Of a DNA stretch of 64,000 nt, positions 56,892 through 64,000 are shown in pieces. The stretch is from Malacoraja senta (taxonomy: Eukaryota): positions 1 to 64,000 of the forward strand of contig CM075991.1 in NCBI GenBank assembly GCA_038087875.1, written 5' to 3'. The translations under genes and the position numbers were made by a program. Position 1 is the first letter of the stretch; each line of letters starts with the position of its first letter. The notes under the pieces are model-generated. The model did not search any database. It was not told where the DNA came from and worked only from the letters and a program-made list of their open reading frames with translations.

Positions 56892-56977
56892 CTGTAGGTC
56901 CCGTTTATAAATGTTGCCGCTGCGGAGGAACGCTTCCCCCGCCCACCGTTGCGCAATGCGAGAAACGATATAATGAT

Positions 56978-57022
56978 ACGCATGCGTGCTGGCGGGGTCT
57001 TCACGTAGACAGTCACGTGACT
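56978..57022 (-). promoter_or_regulatory. Putative promoter motifs in the DIRS left terminal repeat: E-box palindrome AGTCACGTGACT and NRF1-like ACGCATGCGT
   Basis: Perfect palindromes at 57011-57022 and 56978-56987. Equivalent GTCACGTGA and ACGCATGCGC motifs are kept in copy B (62058-62102). Function is inferred from motif match only. Confidence 0.45.
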
Positions 57023-57031
57023 CCGAAGTAC

Positions 57032-57800
57032 AATGTGAGGTTATCTACTTTGGTATCAAAATCAGGAAGGCAGATTACTATTTAAATGGTGTCAAGTTGG
57101 GAAAAGGGAGAGTACAAAGGGATCTGGGGGTCCTTGTTCATTAGTCTATGAAAGTAAGCATGCAGATACACCAGGCAGTGAAGAAAGCGAATGGCATGTT
57201 TGCCTTCATTACAAGAGGAGTTGAGTATAGGAGCAAAGAGGTCCTTCCAGCGTGGGTTTTCTCCGGGTGCTCTTGCACATAGAGCCCTAGTGAGACCACA
57301 CCTGGAGTATTGTGTCCAGTTTTAATCTCCTAATTTGAGGACGGACATTCTTGCTATTGAGGGAGTGCAGCGTAAGTTTACAAGGTTAATTTCTGGGATG
57401 GCGGGACTGTCATATGCTGAGAGAATGGAGCGGCTGGGCTTGTACACTGGAGTTTAGAAGAATGAGAGGGGATATTATTGAAACATATAAGATTGTTAAG
57501 GGTTTGGACACGCTAGAGGCAGGAAACATGTTGCCGATGTTGGGGGAGTCCAGATCCACGGGTCAGAGTTTAAGAATAAGGGGTAAGCCATTTAGAACGG
57601 AGACGAAGAAACACTTTTTCTCACAGAGAGTTGTGAGTCTGTGGAATTCTCTGGCTCGGCGGGCGGTGGAGGCCGGTTCTCTGGATACTTTCAAGAGAGA
57701 GCTAGATAGGGTTCTTGAAGATAGCGGAGTCAGGGGATGTGGGGAGAAGGCAGGAATGGCCTAATCCTGCACCTATTGTCTATTGTCTATTATCTATTGT
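57032..57800 (+). mobile_element. CR1-clade LINE 3' fragment (ORF2 C-terminal region, degenerate) with (CTATTGT)n tail
   Basis: The translation LEFRRMRGDIIETYKIVKG...FFSQRVVSLWNSL is typical of the CR1 ORF2 C-terminus. It is similar to the copy at 59691-60460. The tandem tail is at 57773-57800. Confidence 0.9.
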
Positions 57801-58244
57801 GTAGGGACAGGTGTTGCATCTCCTGTGGTTGCAGGGGGAATTGTGTGATGCGCTTGCTTAGATCCAAGAGTTATGCTCAAGGGATCTTGTGGTGTAAGCC
57901 AAGGTTCTGTGAAAATCCCCAAGTAGTTACACTCAAAGTTTCTGTGTAAGTGACAGATGTTTTTAAGAAGACAAAACTCCCAAGACAAAACACCAATGCA
58001 GCCATTAGTGAATAATACACGATTAATCCTAGTTCAGAATTGTAGTTTTCCACTTAAACCACATTGAATAATGTAGGCTTATTTTAAAATCTAGCTGGGT
58101 GAGACATTTAGACAAGTAAAATACCTTCTGGTTTTTGGTCAAGTGCCAAGTAGAAACTGAGCTCTCTGCTCGAACTGAAGCAGTAATGTCTGTCTCAAAA
58201 CTTTTGGAATGCATGAGGTAAACATTCAAACCACGTTCAAGATT

Positions 58245-58368
58245 TGTAGGAAGGAACTGCAGATGCTGGTTTACACCAGAGATGGACACAAAATACTGGA
58301 GTAACTGAGCGGGACAGGCAGCATCTCTGGAGAGAAGGAATGGGTGAGTTTTCGGGTGGACACACTTC
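58245..58368 (-). mobile_element. Elasmobranch interspersed repeat fragment, probably from a Penelope-like element terminal repeat
   Basis: GTAGGAAGGAACTGCAGATGCTGG...CTGGAGTAACTGAGCGGGACAGGCAGCATCTCTGGAG, with a related fragment at 61396-61434. The family assignment is from recall, not a search. Confidence 0.55.
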
Positions 58369-58644
58369 GTGGGTTTGGTGACCCTAGTAGACTGCTCCAT
58401 TTCGTTTGTGCAAATTGGGCCATACGGCCCCACTGACCTGTTGCTCCTTTCCTACTTGCCAAGGTTAATGGTGACAGGAAGAGTGAATGATTAGTTTTCC
58501 TTCCTAGGGTTCCTTTCACAACTGTTGCAAGAACAGCTGCATCTAGCATTTATATATGCCTGAAGTAATCGAACTCCGCAAATGAATCTACAATGTTGTA
58601 CACGTTCTTCTTCCTAACGTGTCTAATCTGATGTGCAACTATTT

Positions 58645-58948
58645 GGGCAGCACGGTGGCGCAGCGATAGAGTTGCTGCCTTACAGCGCCAGAGACCCGGG
58701 GTCAATCCTGACTACGTGTGCTGCCTGTAGGGAGTTTGTACCTTCTTCCAGCGTGGATTTTCTCCGGGTGCTCTTGTTTCCTCCCACACTTCTACGGACC
58801 TACAGGTTTTCTAGGTTAATTGGCTTTCAGAAAATTTGTAAATTGTCCCTAGTGCGTAGGGTAGTGCTAGCGTACGGGGTGATCGCAGGTCGGCGCTGTC
58901 TCGGTTGGCCGAATGGCCTGTTTCCGCGCTATATCTCTAAAGTTTAAA
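58645..58948 (+). mobile_element. tRNA-derived V-SINE (HE1-like), near full length
   Basis: A box TGGCGCAGCGA, B box GGGTCAATCC, V-domain-like core GGAGTTTGTA...CTCCGGGTGCTC..TTTCCTCCCAC, and a 3' tail GGCCGAATGGCCTG resembling the CR1 3' end. Confidence 0.85.
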
Positions 58949-59023
58949 TCAGCTTGTCTGAACTCATCTCATTCCCTTCCCCACCAAACCCTTTGTTAAA
59001 GTTAAAGATTGATAACCTGAGGT

Positions 59024-59200
59024 ATAGAACATAGAACAATACAACACAGGAACAGGCCCTTCGGCCCACAATGCCTGTGCTAAACGTGACACCTCTGCCA
59101 ACCCTTATCTGCCTGCACATAATCATTATCCCTCCATTCCCAGCCTATCCAAAAACTGTTAAAGTGCCACTGTTGTACCTGCCTCCACCACCCCTGACAA
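59024..59200 (-). mobile_element. CR1-like LINE extreme 3' end (second subfamily) with (CTATGTT)n tail
   Basis: ATAGAACATAGAAC followed by ACAGGCCCTTCGGCCC, the reverse complement of the CR1/SINE-shared 3' motif. Confidence 0.65.
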
Positions 59201-59205
59201 CACAC

Positions 59206-59464
59206 GCAGTGTCAGAGACCCAGGTTCGATCCTGACTACGGGTGCTGTCAGTACAGATTTGTACGTTTTCCCCTTGACCCGCCTGGGTTTTTGTCCGAGA
59301 TCTTCAGTTTCCTCCCACAATCCAAAGACGTGCAGGTTTGTAGGTTAATTAGCTTGGTATAAATGTAAATTGTCCCTAGTTTGTGCGGGGTAGTTTAATG
59401 CACAGGTTGACGTGGACTCGGTGGGCTGAAGGGCCTGATTCTGTGCTGTATCTCTAAACTAAAC
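59206..59464 (+). mobile_element. V-SINE, 5'-truncated
   Basis: B box GGTTCGATCC; core and tail align with 58645-58948; ends TATCTCTAAACTAAAC. Confidence 0.85.
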
Positions 59465-59600
59465 AAAAAAAGGTTCTGACTGTCAGGTTAAGATATGAGC
59501 ACATGGGCTCACTGGTCTGAGGGCTGTAAAAGAATATTGCACTTTGCTGACTTTCACAAGCAATGTTAAACTTAGACCAACGAGGTAACGGCAATAGTTT

Positions 59601-59662
59601 GTTTTAGAAAGATGGCATGAAAACAGGCCCTTCCTCCCACCGAGTCCATGCCAACCAACGAT
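59601..59662 (-). mobile_element. SINE/LINE 3' tail fragment
   Basis: The reverse complement GGCATGGACTCGGTGGGAGGAAGGGCCTGTTTTC matches the tails of the neighbouring SINEs. Confidence 0.55.
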
Positions 59663-59690
59663 ATCTGGATTGGCGTGGCTTAGAACATCA

Positions 59691-60460
59691 AAACATAGAA
59701 ACATAGAAACATAGAAAGTAGGTGCAGGAGTAGGCCATTCGGCCCTTCGAGCCTGCACCGCCATTCAATATGATCATGGCTGATCATCCAACTCAGTATC
59801 CCGTACCTGCCTTCTCTCCATACCCTCTGATCCCTTTAGCCACAAGGGCCACATCTAGCTCCCTCTTAAATATAGCCAATGAACTGGCCTCGACTACCCT
59901 CTGTGGCAGAGAGTTCCAGAGATTCACCACTCTCTGTGTGAACAAAGTTCTTCTCATCTCGGTTTTAAAGGATTTCCCCCTTATCCTTAAGCTGTGACCC
60001 CTTGTCCTGGACTTCCCCAACATCGGGAGCAATCTTCCTGCATCTAGCCTGTCCAACCCCTTAAGAATTTTGTAAGTTTCTATAAGATCCCCTCTCAATC
60101 TCCTAAATTCTAGAGAGTATAAACCAAGTCTATCCAGTCTTTCTTCATAAGACAGTCCTGACATCCCAGGAATCAGTCTGGTGAACCTTCTCTGCACTCC
60201 CTCTATGGCAATAATGTCCTTCCTCAGATTTGGAGACCAAAACTGTACGCAATACTCCAGGTGTGGTCTCACCAAGACCCTGTACAACTGCAGTAGAACC
60301 TCCCTGCTCCTATACTCAAATCCTTTTGCTATGAAAGCTAACATACCATTCGCTTTCTTCACTGCCTGCTGCACCTGCATGCCTACTTTCAATGACTGGT
60401 GTACCATGACACCCAGGTCTCGCTGCATCTCCCCTTTTCCTAGTCGGCCACCAATTAGAC
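59691..60460 (-). mobile_element. CR1-clade LINE, 5'-truncated, with an uninterrupted ORF2 C-terminus and (CTATGTTT)n tail
   Basis: ORF 59793-60569 contains QRDLGVMVH, LYRVLVRPHLEYCVQFWSP, RRLRGDLIETYKIL and FTQRVVNLWNSLP. The tail AAACATAG x3 is at 59691-59714. The ORF N-terminus beyond ~60460 is unrelated flank. Confidence 0.92.
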
Positions 60461-60745
60461 AACCCTCTGCCACTGCCACTGATTTCTCAGGGACCACAAA
60501 GGGAAAATGCACTCCAGTAATCCCTCTGTGTGCTATATATCTGTCTGTTAAGGTGTTCAGATTTGTCAAATATTGAATTGCATTCCAACAGTGGAGTCTT
60601 TAGGTTTATAGAGTTAAGTGTGAAACTGATAAAGCATAAGTATTTTCGTGCCAGGAACAAACTACACACGCTTTGACTATAGACATCTCTCTTTTGGTAA
60701 ATGTAAAAAATATTCTGCTGCTTTTTAAGTATTTTTCCCCAACAA

Positions 60746-61016
60746 GGTAGAGTGGTGCAGCGGTAGAGTTGCTGCCTCACAGCGCCGGAGACCCGGGTGC
60801 TGTCTGTACAGAGTTTGAACGTTCTCCCCATGACCCGCGTGGGTTTTCTACGGGTGCTCCGGTTTTCTCCCACACTACAAATCCAATTGTACGTTAATTG
60901 GATTTGGTAAAAAGTCCCCAGTGTGTAGAATAGTGCGGGTGTACAGGTGAATGCTGGTCGGCGCGGACTCAATGGGCCAAAGGGTCCGTTGCCACACTGT
61001 ATCTCAAAACGAAAAC
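60746..61016 (+). mobile_element. V-SINE with the B box deleted
   Basis: A box TGGTGCAGCGG. GAGACCCGGG joins directly to TGCTGTC, losing the TTCGATCCTGACTACGGG segment between CGGG microhomologies. Core and tail are present. Confidence 0.85.
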
Positions 61017-61395
61017 ACTTGGGATTTAATATTGTTTGCCTTTTATTTCTTGACAGATCTATGATAATGCCAACCTCTTGTCCCCTGTGTTGATCAAATG
61101 AAGGGGTGTAATTGGCTTAGACCGTCCCCCACCTGTCCTTCACTTCTGGAGTAATAGAATCAAGCTCGTAACTATTGGAAACATCTTCCTTTAGTTTAGT
61201 TTCTACAAGTGGGTTTTCATTCAATGCAGATTTAGCTTTCTCCTGTGAAGCATTATCTTGTCCATCACTCGGGTTTCATCAACGTATTTCATTTCTTGAA
61301 CAGTCAACAGTTTCATGTTGACAGCAAAGTTGGAGCTTGTGTGCATTGGCAATGTAGCTCTTTCATATAAGCAAGACACCAGCCAGACCATCAAG

Positions 61396-61434
61396 GACAG
61401 AGTGCTGGAGTAACTCAGCGGGACCCTTCTTCAG
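61396..61434 (-). mobile_element. Internally deleted fragment of the repeat at 58245-58368
   Basis: TGCTGGAGTAACTCAGCGGGAC joined to CCTTCTTCAG. Confidence 0.5.
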
Positions 61435-61467
61435 GACCAGTCATCAATGAGTGCTGGAATCACCATG

Positions 61468-61866
61468 ACATAGAAACATAGAAAATAGCACCGCCTTTCA
61501 ATATGATCATGGCTGATCATCCAAAATCAATACCACATTCCTGCTATCTCCCCATATCCCTTGATTCCGTTAGCCCTTAGAGCCACATCCAACTCTCTCT
61601 TGAAAATATCCAGTGAATTGGCCTCCACTGTCTTCTGTGGCAGAGAATTCCACAGATTTTCCACGTGAAAAAGTTATCCCTCATCCCAGTCCTAAATGGC
61701 CTAACCCGCTATTCTTAACTGTGACCCCTGGTTCTGGTCTCCCCCAACATCGGGAACATTGTTCCTGCATCTAGCCTGTTCAATCCTTTAAGAATTTCAC
61801 GTGTTTCTATAAGATCCCCTCTCATTATTCTCAATTCCAGCGAATATAAGCCCAGTCGACCCATTC
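61468..61866 (-). mobile_element. CR1-clade LINE 3' fragment, degenerate
   Basis: Aligns by eye with 59700-60135 (AATATGATCATGGCTGATCATCCAA, CCTGCATCTAGCCTGT, TTTCTATAAGATCCCCTCTCA); ACATAGAA tail. Confidence 0.88.
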
Positions 61867-61970
61867 AATATCAATATCTGTTTTATTCGTCATTTGCTCA
61901 TAAAGTGCAAGTGAAATGAATTTGCCAGCAGCGGTACAATGAAAAAGAACACACAAAACACAATAAACAA
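61866..61970 (-). mobile_element. Possible 3' end of another non-LTR retrotransposon
   Basis: The minus strand reads AATAAAACAGATATTGATATTG (polyA signal plus a short tandem tail). Family not determined. Confidence 0.3.
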
Positions 61971-62183
61971 TTCAAATTACTAGAAAATAGAAAGCGTTAT
62001 TTAACGCTAATTTTATGCCTTTATTAAATAAACTCAACACGTTGATTTTACTTCGGAGTCACGTGAGTGACTACGTGAAAAACCCGTCCAGCACGCATGC
62101 GCGACATTAGCGTTCAAGCAGTGCAACAGCGACGAACGGGAGTACAGGCGCTCCCGCTACAAGTTTAAAAAGCGGACCATCTG

Positions 62184-62241
62184 GTAAGTACTTACTCTGA
62201 GGTCGTACTTAAGATGCTTTGCTCTGCTTTGTGAATTCCAG
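62184..62241 (+). other. Candidate 58-nt intron in the DIRS copy B leader
   Basis: CTG|GTAAGT donor at 62184 and TTTGCTCTGCTTTGTGAATTCCAG| acceptor at 62241; the gag ATG follows at 62259. Confidence 0.5.
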
Positions 62242-62258
62242 GTTAACAAGCTGGAAAA

Positions 62259-63432
62259 ATGAGCAAAGCACGGCAAGGGAACAAGACCGCCCCCCGTTCG
62301 ACTCCAACAGAACGCGAGTGTCCCATCAGTGGGGGGCGAGAGGCGGCACCTGGACCGCACATGCTGCGGTCCACAATCATTGAGACCGAGCCGAGCCCAG
62401 TACCGCTAGCGCAGCCTGACAAACAGCAGTGGGCTGGAGGTAAATCAAGACAAAAAACTGACCGGCCGGTTATATCTGACTCCGATGAGGAGGCCTCTCC
62501 GCCTGAGGCGGCAGAGGTAGCCGCCTGAGCCGCATGGAAGGCTCCTGGAGCAAATGCTCCAGCGAGACTTGCTTCGGGAGCTGGAGCAGTCTCGCCAAGG
62601 GAATTCAGGCACTCCCACATCAGTGCTTTGCAATGCACTGGCCATCGCTTCCCCCTCAGCCGAGGGCGGCGTTGGCGACCAGGGCTGGGCTGGTCAGGAA
62701 CAGGGGTCATTGGCCGAAGATATCGGGAGTACGCTTGTGGTACAGGACCTGGAAGAGCTGCTGGGTATGGAGAATCGCTACGTGGCTACACCACGAGCAG
62801 GGCGGCCATTGCAGCCAAAACTGGCGGCCAGCATTAACCACCTGTCCATCAAACCCCTACAAGAACAGCAAATCTGGGGGTATGTTGGACAGAGTATCCG
62901 GAACCAGGAGCTAAAATTACAGCGTATCCTCAAGCTCCTGACGACAGGGATAACATCCTATGCTCGTTCCGTGGATAGGGTGGATATGACTACCAACCAG
63001 CAAGACACTCTGGCTCTGCTGTGCAACACTCAATATGAGATAAACAACCTCCGCAAGGAGAGAATAAGACCTGCCCTCAATCCCAAATATGCAGGACTGT
63101 GTAAAACACCGGCGTCAGATCCGCAGATCCTGTTATTTGGAAAGGACTTGACAAAACAAGTGAAAGACCAGGAGGAAGAGTCCAAAGCATTTGGCCTCAT
63201 GAGGGCAGGCCCCGGAACGAGCAGACCCACACAACCCAGATGGCAGTACCCCACCGCGTTCACCAGTCGACGTTAAACCTATGGGACTGGTGAAAGCTCG
63301 GGGTCCGCATACCATCCCCGAAAGCCTTTTTTTTTAGGCCAGGGCCCAGAGCGGACCCCATGGAAAATGCGCCACCCCCAACCAGCAATACATCCAGCAG
63401 TACAACGACGGATGAAGAAACTGAAGAAAGGC
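62259..63432 (+). pseudogene. DIRS gag-like ORF1 pseudogene, copy B
   Basis: ORF pieces 62259-62528 and 62554-63276, with frameshifts near 62500-62540. There is an in-frame deletion near 62866 relative to copy A. After the premature TAA at 63274, gag homology continues (FFLGQGPERTPWKMR). Confidence 0.85.
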
Positions 63433-64000
63433 CTGTTCATTGAAGCATGGAGGTCTGTCATGAATGATAGTTATATACTTAACAGTATTCGTGGATACAA
63501 AATAGAGTTCATTCAAGAAAATATGCCACCAGTTCAGCATGTACCCCAAAGGGTCTTTACCCTCTCAGTCAAAGAAAAACGAGAGGGTCAAGCAGAACTG
63601 GTGAGGTTACTTACAAAGAGTATCATTGAGAAATCCAAACATGAACCTTTGGAATTTGTCTCAAATATATTTACCAAAGACAAAAAATATGGTGGATGTC
63701 GCATCATCATTGACTTAACTTCACTAAATACCTTTGTTAAGTATCTACATTTCAAAATGGAAACATTTGTAACTGCCAAACAACCGATTTCCAAAGGATA
63801 CTTTATGGCAAGTATTAATTTAAAAGATGCCTACTATACAGTACCCATTCAAAAGGGTCATCGCAGATACCTGAAATTTACCTGGATGTGGCAACTATGG
63901 CAGTTTAAAGCGTTGCCTAAATGGGTTAACATCAGCCCAAGACTATTTACCAAGATATTAAAACCAGCCTTGGCAACATTAAGAAAACAGAGACATATTG
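63433..64000 (+). pseudogene. DIRS reverse transcriptase N-terminal part, copy B (open to the window end; not in the ORF track)
   Basis: Manual translation gives LFIEAWRSVMNDSYILNSIRGYKIEF...INLKDAYYTVPI. The first catalytic Asp is Asn (AAT at 63817). Compensating +1/-1 indels lie near 63920-63936. Confidence 0.88.

Larger units (their letters stand above)
54614..57033 (-). mobile_element. DIRS1-like (tyrosine-recombinase class) retrotransposon, copy A; degenerate and 3'-truncated by the satellite
   Basis: Gag-like ORF overlapping an RT ORF with DIRS-type motifs (GGRVHLFWEAW, RIIIDLTKLN, HFKMET, IDLKDAYY, ALPNGLTSAPRLFTK, YLGFTIDS). The 5' terminus TACTTCGGAGTCACGTGA is shared with copy B at 62049. 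The RNase H and recombinase parts are not in the window, so the class assignment rests on RT/gag similarity and organisation. Confidence 0.85.
62047..64000 (+). mobile_element. DIRS1-like retrotransposon, copy B (diverged from A), degenerate, runs off the right edge
   Basis: Begins TTTACTTCGGAGTCACGTGA. Gag and RT are homologous to copy A (QQDTLALLCN, RPALNPKYAGLCKT, RIIIDLTSLN, HFKMETFVTAK, PRLFTKILKPALA). Confidence 0.88.

Noticed and set aside
56904..56911. TTTATAAA (and TTTAAAA at 62164) as the DIRS TATA box
   Set aside because: It lies only ~13 nt from the candidate splice donor, too close for a start site upstream of that donor; left unassigned.
58645..58720. tRNA gene
   Set aside because: The A/B boxes belong to a SINE head followed by the V-domain and LINE-like tail; there is no complete cloverleaf.
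57737..60972. Small ORFs at 57737, 58029, 58271, 58633, 58944, 59483, 59770, 60181, 60487
   Set aside because: They largely overlap SINE/LINE sequence or its antisense and show no recognisable protein family.
57011..62066. DIRS copies A and B as inverted terminal repeats of one composite element
   Set aside because: Each terminus is followed by its own outward-facing gag-pol and the copies are substantially diverged, so they are independent insertions.

Overview
Eukaryotic, repeat-dominated window, most likely from a cartilaginous fish (skate/ray/shark), judged from V-SINE (HE1-like) and CR1 repeats. Bases 1-54613 are one uninterrupted array of GAN triplets, almost all GAC or GAA. It runs off the left edge, so it is at least 54.6 kb. 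It is not a simple microsatellite: it has a recurrent grammar (poly-GAA tracts, 15-bp GAAGAAGACGACGAC blocks, a recurring GAACGAA +1 landmark), nested tandem duplications of about 0.65, 1.0, 1.5, 4.2 and 5.3 kb, regionally confined variants and a CpG-deamination mutation spectrum. All the long ORFs over it (poly-D/E, T/K, R, S, V/F) are by-products of the triplet composition. The array ends abruptly inside the RT gene of a degenerate DIRS1-like retrotransposon (54614-57033, minus strand), whose 5' end points into the array. The remaining ~9.4 kb holds CR1 LINE fragments, V-SINEs, Penelope-associated fragments and a second, divergent DIRS1-like copy (62047 to the window end, plus strand). The two DIRS copies share a candidate ~58-nt leader intron and an in-frame -1 slippery heptamer at the gag/pol overlap. 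No intact host protein-coding gene could be identified.
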